The notes beneath the pieces were generated by a model, which ran no database searches, was not told the DNA's origin, and saw only the letters and a program-made list of their open reading frames with translations. A stretch of DNA of 64,000 nt from Octopus sinensis (taxonomy: Eukaryota): contig NC_042999.1 of assembly GCF_006345805.1 (NCBI RefSeq), forward strand, positions 20,646,001-20,710,000. Reading direction: 5' to 3'. Position 1 is the stretch's first letter, and each line of letters opens with the position of its first letter. Both the position numbers and the translations under genes were made by a program. This document shows positions 12,130 to 23,836 of the stretch, piece after piece.

Positions 12130-12590
12130 TGGAATGTAAAGAAAAATACACTACGAAATGCAAAAAAGACGTGAGCAGTTCAGCGAAAAAGGGCAATAGC
12201 TGAGAGGACCGTTTGTAAATCGCTTCTTCGGTTTATAAATGAAATTCCTTTGAGTTTGAGGAGAGTAAACACTCAGCACCCAGTCGTTAAACGATGACCA
12301 AATCAAAAACTAACGAATCGAGGACATACTACATCAAGCATAGCAGAGATAATCCACAGACCTAAGAAGGCATTCAAAGGAATCGCTTGGCTTGAGTGTT
12401 TCTTAATTTATTGGGTGGGTGGGTGGGTGGGGGTTATTTAAGGGACCGCTTTTCCATTTGCGCTTTCTTAGTCAAACGCAACAAAAGACGACACATTTTT
12501 GAAAACCATCTTCATAGATAACGGAAAATTGATCGTTTACAAGAATGTAAAGCGGAGAATGTCCTGGAGAAATGAAAATAAAGCATCTTC
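12130..12590 (+). mobile_element. Degenerate mariner transposase relic
   Basis: DRFSICAFLVKRNK...NGKLIVYKNVKRRMSW resembles mariner DRISIC.SLLKRN...TGDEKWIVYNNVKRKRSW; frameshifted. Confidence 0.6.
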
Positions 12591-13629
12591 AATTACCCTT
12601 TGTTACGCACTGGAGGTCGATATAATCGACTTAATCCATTTGTCTGTCCTTGTTTGTCCTCTCTGTGTTTAGCCCCTTGTGGGTAGTAAAGGAATATGTA
12701 TTATAGTTAGGTGAAGGTAAGTGAACGATTTTTATCCTTTTTATCGGTAGGTCTTCAGGAAATAACACGTGGTTGCCTAGTCACCTGAGCATAATATCTT
12801 TCCATGTACCCATATCTCTACAGTCAAATATCCAGTGTACAGCTTTCCTCTCTTCGTTGAATTGTCCCGACTCTAATTGTCTTTTTTCTATTAGATGTCT
12901 TTCGAATAACTAAACACTGGACTACAAACATTCATAAAACTACTGAATTTATAGCGAGGCCGCTTATAAATTAGTTTGTGCGGAGGCGTAATTGCATTCT
13001 CTTGCTCATAACTTGTAATTCAGTATTCTTTAGTTGATAGTTCTCTCTTCCTACTCCATTCAAAATATTTGTTATAAAGCTAGAGTTGATATTTCTACAA
13101 TAAGGTGGTCTGAAAGAAAAGAGAAACAAAAGGTTAAATACGCAACGAAGATCAGCAACAACTGTATTAGAATAAATACGAGGAATGGGAAAAGAAGTAG
13201 ATGATGATGAGGATGATGATGAACAAGAACAACAACATTAACAACAACTAACTAGAATAGCAACAACGACTACAATAATAAAGAAAGGAAACGTTAATTT
13301 CAAAGTTGTTTACACTACTTTTAGAGCAGAAATTGTGATAAAGAAGCCAAGAGTAATATGTGTTCATACTGTGTTATATACTTTAATGAAGGAACAGGAA
13401 GAAAAAAACAAGACACAAAATAAGGTTAATTAACTAATAGCTACAACTAAAACACCAACAACAAATACGACAAATACGCCTTCTTCTACACATCAGCAAA
13501 GCACACACATGTATGTATTTATAAAAATATACAGCACATATATAAACATACAAATGGACGTGAATCAAGGCTTTTGTTCCTTTCTATTATTTAATTAGTG
13601 ACAAATTTCTCAATTTCCCCCACCAAAAA

Positions 13630-13632
13630 TAT

Positions 13633-13681
<49 letters not shown>

Positions 13682-13822
13682 GTAATAATAATGATGATGA
13701 TGATGAGAATGGTAATAATAATAATAATAAAAATAAAAATAATAATGACGATGATGATGACAATAATAACAATAATAATAACAATAATAATAACAATAAT
13801 AATAATGATAATAATAATAATA

Positions 13823-13872
<50 letters not shown>

Positions 13873-13925
13873 TAATAATATAATAATAATAATAAAATAA
13901 TAATAATAATAATAATATAATAATA

Positions 13926-13961
<36 letters not shown>

Positions 13962-13980
13962 GATAAAAATAAATAAATAA
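13630..13980. repeat. Long (TAA)n/(TGA)n microsatellite
   Basis: Direct reading. Confidence 0.95.
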
Positions 13981-14678
13981 TAGAATGGTTATTGCTAACG
14001 AACCATTAAACACTTGTCCATATGAATCAATGGCGATGACAATCAGAATGCGAAAATGACGAAGACAAAGTATGAAAATATATTTCAAAAAAATATATTG
14101 AAATTTTTAAGTAGGGAACAATAGAGAGATCAAAATCAGTAGAAAATATACGGAATACAATAATGGTTTAAAAAAGAAAATACAATGTGACAAGAAATGT
14201 AAAGCTTTACACTTCAATTATTGTCAAATGTTCTTTGTATTCTGAATGTTTTAATTCTTTTTTAGATTTAAGGTTTCGTACAATAATTAACTCACATTTA
14301 AATATATATTATTGTTCGTGTTCTTGTTCTTGCTATTGTTATTTTTGTCATCGTTTACTATTGTTGCTGATGCTGCTGTTGATGTCAACGCCATGGCCAT
14401 TGGGTGAGTGCTATATATGACGATAATTTGAAAGCATAGAGGAGTTATTCCCAAGGAACTATTTTATGCATGGCAATGTTTCCACTGACCGGAGAATAAC
14501 GAGCAAAACACAACACTATAAAGTGCATAAAATACAATTTGATTATTATTACATATATACAAAACATATAAAAGTATATTTTTTTATATATTTTTACATA
14601 TATATAAAACATTAATGTATACGCATACTGACTGAAATAGCCGTCCAAGAATTTAGACCTGGAGATCTCCATTCCCAG

Positions 14679-14731
14679 CGACTTCGAGGGCCACCTCCCA
14701 GTGGTGTCGGGCATCAACGAAGAGCTCTCGA
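14679..14731 (+). ncRNA. Candidate degenerate HDV-like ribozyme fold
   Basis: P1 CGAC/GTCG, P2 TCGAGGGC/GCTCTCGA, P3 ACC/GGT, L3 TCCCAGT, P1.1 CC/GG, J4/2 CGAA. P1 is too short and P4 is absent. Confidence 0.3.
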
Positions 14732-15548
14732 CTACAACAAGACGACCAAAAATTTTTTTCCAAGGTCTGAGGTCTCCCGCCCCTAAGCCCTAGACCATCA
14801 CCTAATCACTCTTACCCGTCTTGATGCTTAACAACAACAATAACAAACGACTAAAATAGTCAACAGAGAAGAAACACAATTCATAAAGTTATTCCTTCTG
14901 TGCTGCTCGTAACCAAATGACTCACGGTCTGAACACTGGTCTGAGGTCCACTGAGGTCCACTGTTTATGGAAACCAAAACTGAATTTTGCTATCTAAAAT
15001 GCGAAATCGTATATAAGGTCATTCCGCTGTCTACGAAGAGTGTTATGTACACCACTTGTTAGGCATTTCATCCGACTTTTTGCTATTGTCGCTACATCTT
15101 TTATGGCTATTGTTTCTAGAATTCCCGTGTGGAGAAGATTGCAAAAAGAATTGTGTTAGTCGAACTATATCATGCCCAAACTCATGTTTATCAATATACA
15201 GTCTTGGGATAATTTTGTTAAATAATAATTAATCACCGAAAACAATATCTATAGAAGAAGGCGTATTTGTCGTATCTGTTGTTGGTGTTTTAGTTGTAGC
15301 TATTAGTTGAGAGTTCAACTTCCACCGAGATCGACTTTGCCTTTCATCCTTTCTGGGGTCGATTTTCTAAGTTTCTGCTGAGCACTGGGAGCGATCTAAT
15401 CGACTTAGCTCCTACCCTTAAAATTACTGGCCTTGTGCCAAAATGTAAAACCATTGTGTACCCTGGTTGATTCAGCTGATCATATTATTTTATTTCTCTC
15501 TTTCTTGCTCTGTCTTTTCTTTCTCTCTCTCATTCCCCCTCGCTCGCC

Positions 15549-15617
<69 letters not shown>

Positions 15618-15859
15618 GTAACAATAATATAAAAGCCGTTTATCACAATTTGTGTTTGAAAACGTTTGTTTTGAGGTAGGATATATTTCCATTAGCCGTA
15701 ACGTTTTAGCATTTCGTTGTTTATATTATATTAGTCAATTATCACCATTTCTTGATATTCAATGTAATTCAATAACTTTATCATGAGTGGTGTAGAGTTT
15801 GATGGAATATTACTGAGAGAATGGTATTCACCAAGATGAATGAATAAAATTCGGTAATG

Positions 15860-16520
15860 ACTACAACTTAAAATGCTTGCATACCAGTGCTCTACTCTCA
15901 CCGATGGATAAATATCTAAAAAATAAAATTTTAAAGGAAAACAAATAAAGAACAGAAGGAATGCAGCAATAATTGATATTGTTTTCGGTGATTAATTATT
16001 ATTTAACAAAATTATCCCAAGACTGTACATTGAGAATCATGAGTTTGGGCATGGCATAGTTCGACTAACACAATTCTTTTTGCAGTCTTCTCCACACGGG
16101 AATTCTAGAAACAATAGCCTTAAGAGATGTAGCGACAATAGCAAAGAGATAAATTAAACCACTAATAACAATAAGCTGTACAAATTAGTCAAATTCAATT
16201 CAAATTAAACAAAGAATTACGAGAATTAATCCAATCTCTATTGGGAATGGCACATTCGAAGGAAGTCTTCCTTCAATGTCCTTTGTCTTGCGTTTACATC
16301 TTTACCATGTTAAGCACAAATGTGCACGGAAAGCAACCGTATTGTATAGGTTACCAACTTGTACAATTCATATAATAAATCAACGAAAAATATTGGTGTA
16401 GACATTGAATGAACTGATTGTGCAAAATGTGCAAAGTCAACTTTCAAAGAAGAACACTAATTAATATAGAATACAGCATTAAAAGAGTTAGGTGAACCAA
16501 TACAAAGAGAATGAGAACAG
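15860..16520 (+). mobile_element. Degenerate Dong/R4-like reverse transcriptase relic
   Basis: Fragments CLHT..MDKYLKNKIL / KEQKEC, SLGMA*FD*HNSFCSLLHTGILETIAL, NGTFEGSLPSMSFVL and KCAKSTFK occur in the order of the RT motifs EEQKGC, MAWIDY.KAFDS.PH.WI, GIFQGDSLSPL.F and KCAK.TF. Confidence 0.6.
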
Positions 16521-16885
16521 CAGCCATGAATATCATAAACGCTTCTAACTTCATTCACAGAAAAGTGTTCCGATACAGGACAGGCGTATCGTTATATAAA
16601 AACAAAATATGATACCATGAAGTAAGCAAGCGTACACTTAAACGTAAAGTTATACACAAGAATGTTTGTAGTGGTAACTATTTATAATTTAAAGCTATAA
16701 TTGTCTGAAATGAAGCCAGTGTATTAATATGCGTAGAGAGAACAGGGAGATAAGTTGTGACTGCATTTAGATACAAAATTTAACTATTGTCAGTTTTCGA
16801 ATCCATAAGGAACAGACGCACACACAAACTTTGTTTCATTATATTATATTATATTATATTATATTATATTATATTATATTATATT

Positions 16886-16954
<69 letters not shown>

Positions 16955-16960
16955 TATATA

Positions 16961-17175
16961 TAGTTAATCCAAACATGAAAACACAACGAGAAAACACAAC
17001 AACGCGAGGACGTGGAACAAGTATAGTATTATTGAATGCTCAGGAAAGAAGGAAAGAAGGAGGATTTAACGTTTCCAGCGGAGCTCTTCGTCAGAAATAT
17101 AGGAAAAGGAAAGATCCAAAGAAGGGCAGACGTAGGAGAAAAATCGCCAACAGTACACACGCGGTCACATTTTGA

Positions 17176-17178
<3 letters not shown>
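16961..17178 (-). mobile_element. Penelope-tail element between (TA)n tracts
   Basis: Reverse complement matches 4364-4572; flanked by (TA)n on both sides. Confidence 0.8.
17064..17098 (-). ncRNA. Minimal hammerhead ribozyme motif, canonical core
   Basis: ATTT-CTGACGA-A-GAGC-TCC-GCTG-GAAA-CGT-T-AAAT; one mismatch at the base of helix II. Confidence 0.6.
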
Positions 17179-17209
<31 letters not shown>

Positions 17210-17906
17210 AGACTGGAAAGAGGTAATAGATGGCATTTTCTCAGGTAATCTACTCTTAACCGAATACTAGTATTTGGAAATGGAAAGAAAAATGGTGATA
17301 TAAAATAGCAGATAATAAACGAAGTGCGATATTCTTCCATATGTCATTTGACTCAGCTGGAGATCAGGCATATAAAGGAAAGGATATTGCTTAGATCAAT
17401 CGGCAACATTTCTGGTGCTACCACGATGAAGTATCATTCCTGCCAGAAAGTAATATATCTGTACATAAATCCGAGGAATTTACCAACAAGAGACATCTGC
17501 CAAAAAAGGGTCAGTTTTGGGGCATTGACATAAGTGAAGAAAGCCTAACAGAATAAGTTTCTTATAAATTCTGGACAAAATACATTCAAGAAAGCAAAAC
17601 CGAATCTACGGGAGTTATTGGAACGAATAATATACGGAGGAAAACTACAAGTTACGGCAGATGTTCTAAGCAGATTAACCGACACCACAATGGAAAAGAG
17701 AGAACAAAAAGTAAACCTCACATGTAACAACAGTAGAGAGGTTTCCAAATGGTCATGTGATTTAGACAGGAAACACAAATGAAACCATTATAATTAGAAA
17801 AGCAACAACATCGACAACGACCACTACCACAGAAATGACAACCTCAACAACAACAACAACAACGACTAAGATAATAATAATAACAAAATAATAATTATTA
17901 TTATTA

Positions 17907-18110
17907 TTTCAAATTTTTGCCGTACGAGCAGCTTGGGGGTGGTGAGTCGATTACATTGACCCCAGTGTTCAGCTGGTACTTATTTTATCAACCCCGAAAG
18001 AATCAAAGGCAAAGTCAACTTCGGCGGAATTTGAACTCAGAAAGTGAAGACAGACGAAAAACCGCTAAGCATTTCGCTTGGCGTGCCACCGACTCTGCCA
18101 GCTCGCTTCC

Positions 18111-18112
<2 letters not shown>
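17907..18112 (-). mobile_element. SINE family C monomer
   Basis: Matches family C head and body on the minus strand. Confidence 0.85.
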
Positions 18113-18178
<66 letters not shown>

Positions 18179-18205
18179 TACAACAACAACAACAACAATA
18201 ATAAA

Positions 18206-18338
18206 ATGTCCTGATGCAGTACAAGGCAGTGGCTCTCGTGGCTTCTGACCTTAACTGATTGGAAGTGTTATCATGTGCTTTGTTTTGTCTTGATATAAAA
18301 GATGGGCTACAGCAAATATTCTGCTCAATACCACAGAA
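18206..18338. repeat. Truncated copy of the unclassified (TAA)n-associated repeat at 35821-36365
   Basis: CAGTAC.AGGCAGTGGC.CTC.TGGCTTCTGA...GCAAATATTCTGCTCAATACCACAGA is shared; abuts (TAA)n/(CAA)n. Confidence 0.85.
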
Positions 18339-18344
18339 ATGCTA

Positions 18345-18930
18345 TGTCCCTCAGGACTGTTTCAAGAAAAGAGTGCATTGGGATGTTGGCCGAGTGTATG
18401 ACATCAAAACAATACAAAAATAGAGAACACGAACTAGAAGCTGTGATAGAATATGAGAATTTCAAGACCTTGTAATCACATATGGTTGTAATATAAACCA
18501 GGAATGTCGGAAGTAAAGATCGCTGTCATTGGCTGACGAACGAGAATTTGAAACGTGGGACAGAAACGCTAATTATAGCTGCTTAGGGAGAATCCCTTAG
18601 AACAATTTGGATAAAGGCTGCTCATAATATTGAGGGGAGAATGTGGGACATGATTATAGAGAATAAAATAAACAAACGGTGTAAGATCGTAGATTTTACG
18701 ATCCTTTATGAAAAATAGAGACGCTACCAAAGATATTGTAAACGTTGAGAAGTATTAGCATCTATCCAGAGAGCTAAATGAACTGTGGAAAACCAAGGCA
18801 ACAATTGGTGCACTTGGGACAACACTCAGAATGCAACCTGAAACTGGTAGACTCACTGCCGATCATAAGGAAGAATCTATCCCATGTTTTGCAAGGGTCC
18901 TCTTGAGATTTGAGAAGTGCTGTCGCTAAA
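18345..18930 (+). mobile_element. Degenerate Dong/R4-like restriction-like endonuclease relic
   Basis: EHELEAVIEYENFKTL*, KRCKIVDFTILYE and VEKY*HLSRELNELWKTKATIGALGT correspond to the RLE motifs of the 32897-34015 ORF. Confidence 0.7.
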
Positions 18931-19017
18931 CCTCAAAGTAGAATATCTAATAACTATATTGGCATGTAGTGGTGAAATAATAATAATTATGATGACATAT
19001 TCTGTATTAATGAATCT

Positions 19018-19227
19018 TTCTACTGGAAGCACAAGGCATCAAATTTGGAGGGAGGGATTAAATCGATTACATTGACTCCAGTGCGCAACTGGTACTTAAT
19101 TTATCGACCCTGAAAGGATGAAAGGCAAAGTCGACCTCGAAGGAATGTGAACTGAGAACGTAGCGACGGGCGAAATACCGCTAAGCATTTCGCCCGGAAT
19201 GCGAACGATTCTGACAGTTCACCGCTT
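19018..19227 (-). mobile_element. SINE family C monomer
   Basis: Matches family C on the minus strand. Confidence 0.85.
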
Positions 19228-19976
19228 TATTTTCTTTATCAATAAGGACAACCTGCAAGGATTGAATACAAAATTATTTTAGTAAATTAGCCGGGTGTTT
19301 ACAATGACAGGTGAAGTGGAATAAGCAAGTTACACAAGACAAGAAGAAGGTTTACGAAATATATTTTAAAAGACTATAAATCACATAGCAATCATAGAAA
19401 GTATTTTATTTAAAATTAGAATGTCTCTTGCTTTGTCTAAACACTGTATATTTCTCATTTGGCCTCACAAGAACATTATTAGGCTGCTTAGAATGGCAAC
19501 ATAAATGACTTGGTCTGAGTGTCAATATCATTTTTGGTAAAGAGTTCAATAATAAACGTTTTGATTCGTCTGAAGATCCACTGAATTCTCATTAGTAAAA
19601 ATATGTAATCCGTTGTGTGTTGACAGATGGATGGATTAATGGACAATTAAATGTTCAGAAATATAGACTGACCGATAGATGAAAGGATGTAGTCAAGTTG
19701 ATACTGTCTGCGGTGGTTGTACCGATGTTCAAAACAGTAGCAATGATAGAAATAATGAGAAAGATAGTTGAGTGCACAAGATGGGAGAGATTGGACAGTA
19801 ATGGCAATGATAGAGATGATAGTAATGAAAACGTGATGGAAATGGCAATGATAATTGTATTAATACCATCACTAATATCAATGATATCGGCATCACGTTT
19901 GCCATTATCGCTGCCACCACCACCACTATTACCATTACCACCACTACAACAACAACAACAATAACAACAATAACTT

Positions 19977-20413
19977 GGATCTTTTCTCTTTCAACGACAG
20001 ATCGAGAGATTAATTTTTTGTAACTTAACACTTTCAAGATTCGGACACTGTTATATTGTGTCATATAAAACATCCTTTACTCTTAGTGTTGTTGAGAAAA
20101 ATGTATATGTTGAAAGTTATTTTGTGTTAAAGTTGTCGTATTTCGGTAATTTCAACCAATCAGTGATGTGCATTCAGTTGAATAAAATTACTGCTGTTGT
20201 TTGTCAACAACAACTTCCGGCAGTGTATATTGGTTGAAATTACCGAAATACGACAAATTTAACACGAAATAACTTTTGAAAATATAAACTTTTCTCAAGA
20301 ACACTACGAGTAAAAGATGTTTTATATGACACATTCTGCCAGTGTCCGAAGTTTGAAGGCGTTTTGTTTCAAAAATTTAATTTCTCGATATATTGTTGAA
20401 AAGGGAAAGATCC
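19977..20413. mobile_element. Imperfect palindromic MITE-like element
   Basis: Arms 19977-20160 and 20229-20413 are diverged reverse complements (e.g. GTCGTATTTCGGTAATTTCAACCAAT / ATTGGTTGAAATTACCGAAATACGAC). Confidence 0.8.
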
Positions 20414-20559
20414 TGGCATCGTGTTTACCATTATCGCCACCACCACCATCACCACAACTACAACAATAACAACGACAACATTTATAGCTAAATTAACTTA
20501 TATAATTGGTATCACCATCTTTTGATCCGAGTCACATCATCACTTCTCCAGCCTTTTCG

Positions 20560-20886
20560 AAACACTCATACGTTATCTCTAAACACTACCACTGTCATCA
20601 TAAGCGCATCGTCATCCTCATCATCATCACTATCGCCATTATTGTCACCACCACCACCACCACCACCACCACCACCTCCACTACCATCATCGACTTCATC
20701 ATAAGCAACAACATCGTCGTCATCACCATAATCATCATCACCATCATCATCATCATCATCACCACCATGACCAGCATCATCATCATCATTGCAACCACCA
20801 CTAACGCTACCATCATAAACAACAGCATCGTCATTATCATCATCATCATCATCATTGCAGCCACCACTACCACTACCATCATCGAC

Positions 20887-20926
<40 letters not shown>

Positions 20927-21125
20927 CCACCACCACCACCATCATCACCATCATCATTGCAACCACCACCCACAACAACTACCACCATCGACTTCATCAT
21001 CAGCAGCAACATAGCCATCATCACCATAATCATCATCACCATCATCATCATTGCAACCATCCACCATCACCGCCACTAGGACCACTATCATCATCATCAT
21101 CATCATCATAATCATCGTCATCATT
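20560..21125. repeat. Compound (CAT)n/(CAC)n microsatellite
   Basis: Direct reading; explains the poly-M/D/H/I ORFs. Confidence 0.92.
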
Positions 21126-22269
21126 ATTTCCATCACTCTCACAAACTGTCCTTTCAGCTTTGGCTGTTTCTTTTTCGCAATCAGCAACACCTCCGTTAAA
21201 AACAACGACTTCTCAGTCACTCTTTCCATTATTATCATCGTCGATGTTATTACAACCATCAGAACATCTTTTTTTTTTTTCGTATTTTGCACACTATCAA
21301 ACATCACCATCAATAAATTCATTCTTGCTATGACTTATATCTCCCCCACCTCTACCTGAAATAACCTCCCTCACTTATCTCCTCATCCTATTGGAATGTT
21401 TTATCTTCCTGGCACCAATTGTCTGTCCACCTCTCAATCCGTCGAACACAACACAGTTATATTAAGTTTTGCTTGTACTGTCTTTGGATACAAGACAATA
21501 GAATGCATCATATTAAACGCATTATTTATTTAAAACATACATACACACACATACTATAAAAAAATGCTTTAGCGTGCTAGTAAAGAAAGAAGCAGAAGAA
21601 AGATGATTGTCATAGAAACTCGTCAAATCCTTTCGCAAACATCTTTCTGGTTGTGAAGACAGCAGAAAAAGGGCAACATTTTGAAACTTGCCCATACAAT
21701 GGAAAACCTGGTAACCAGGTCATAAAATGTAAAAATGGATTCTCGAGACTTGCAGGTCTCATAACACTGGCCTTTTTCTTTATTTGGCGATGCATTGAGA
21801 AAATTTATGAGAACTGTAAAAAATGGAGTCATAAAAGAATTCACGAAATGTTCGTTTTTAACGTTATATTTCTTTTCAGAAATATGGAAGACCAACATTT
21901 TTCTTGCTGTGGGGGTTTTAACTCTCTTAATATTATATAGTTGATTTTTTAAAAAAAATTAATCCCTCCATCGGCATTGTTAGAGAAATTTAGCTTCATT
22001 ATAATGGCTTCATTATAAAGTTATTGTATCTTTGGTGTGTACGTATGTGGGTGTTGATGGGTGAAGCAGTCCAGGTAATGGAAATTTCTATGTTCGTAAC
22101 TTTTCCGAATACATTAACCACGAAATGGCCGGCTGTTGGGAATAAAAACTGTTAAAGACTTGGTTTGCTGAATAAAATATACATCTTGCGTAAAATCCCT
22201 TTCTACTTCGAATAGATATGGTAAGTTAATTTGTTCGTTTGTATGTGCCTCTTCCGTTGTTTTAACAAA

Positions 22270-23088
22270 TGGTGTGCGAGTGTGTATGTGGGTGGTTGTG
22301 TGCGTGTGGTTATGCGTGTGTGGTTCTGTGTGTGTGGTTATGTGTGTGTCTGTTTCTGTGTGCGGTTTTATGTGCGTGTATGTGGTTATGTGTGTGTAAG
22401 TGTGGTTCTGTGTTTGTGAGGGTGGTTGTGTGTGTTTTTGTGTGGGTGTGTGTGTGTAGTTATGTGTATGTGTGATTATGTGTGTGTGGATCTCTGTGTG
22501 GGGGGGTGTTGGGTGTGTATGTGTGTAGTTATGTGTGTGGTTATGTGTGCGGCTGTTTCTGTGTGCGGTTTTGTGTGTGCATGGGGTTCTCTGAGTGTGT
22601 TGTTATATGGGTGTATGTGGTGTTCTGTGTGTGTGAGAGGGGTTGTGTGTGTATTTGTGTGGTTATGTGTGTGTGGTCCTGTGTATGTGTGTGGTTCAGT
22701 GTGTGTGTGTATTTGTGTGGTTATGTGCATGTGCGGTTATGTGTGTGTGTGTGATTATGTGTGTCCGTTTCTTTGGGTGATTGTGTGTGTGTGTTTGGGT
22801 TTGTGTGTGGTTCTGTATTTGTTTTTTTATGCGTGAGTGTGGTTTTGTGTATGTGTGATTATGTGTGTGTGTGTGTGTGTGGTTATGTGTGTGGCTGTTT
22901 CCGTGTGCGGTTTTGTGTGTGTGTGCATGGGGTTCTCTGAGTGTGTTGTTATATGTGTGTATGTGTGGTTCTCTGTGTGTGAGTGGGGTTGTGTGTGTAT
23001 TTGTGTGGTTATGTGTGTGTGTGTGGTCCTGTGTATGTGTGTGGTTCAGTGTGTGTGTGTATTTGTGTGGTTATGTGCATGTGCGGTT

Positions 23089-23119
<31 letters not shown>

Positions 23120-23190
23120 ATTATGTGCGTCCGTTTCTTTGGGGGATTGTGTGTGTGTGTGTGCGTGAGTGTGGTTGCTTGTGCGTGAGT
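22270..23190. repeat. GT-rich cryptic minisatellite with internal higher-order duplication
   Basis: Block GCATGGGGTTCTCTGAGTGTGTTGTTATATG...GTCCGTTTCTTTGGG occurs twice, ~345 bp apart. Confidence 0.85.
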
Positions 23191-23721
23191 GTACTATGCA
23201 ATTTTCCTTTTCACACAGAAAACCACAGACATAAGGGAAAATAACTAAATTCATTCCGGGACACATAAGAATGGAAATACAAATTACAAAAACAAACACA
23301 ATAGGGAACCATATTATATTGCTTTGCTTCCAGTATAAGAAATAGAAGTATGTGTGTGGGGGAGAGAAATCACCAATGAAATTTGTAATGTATTATATGG
23401 TTTGTTTCGCAATTGTTGAAGAATTATTTGGAAAGACATTAAACAAAATATGCTGACTAGCTGGTTATTCCTTTCTTGGTAGTCTATGGGAAAAGATTAA
23501 TCATGTCTCTAAAATCCGAAGCTCAGACATCATACATTCACGCATTCAGATAATATAAAATAATATAAAATATATGTATGTATGAAAATTGAAAATATGC
23601 ACAAGTATAATTGCTTACTTTCTCATACGTCTACGCCTGTGCGTCTACAGAAATCCTGTAGTCACGTATACATACACATATATATAATATATATATGCAT
23701 ATATATATATATATGTATGTG

Positions 23722-23756
<35 letters not shown>

Positions 23757-23804
23757 CATACTCATATATATATATGTATATATATGTATATACATATATA
23801 TATG

Positions 23805-23836
<32 letters not shown>

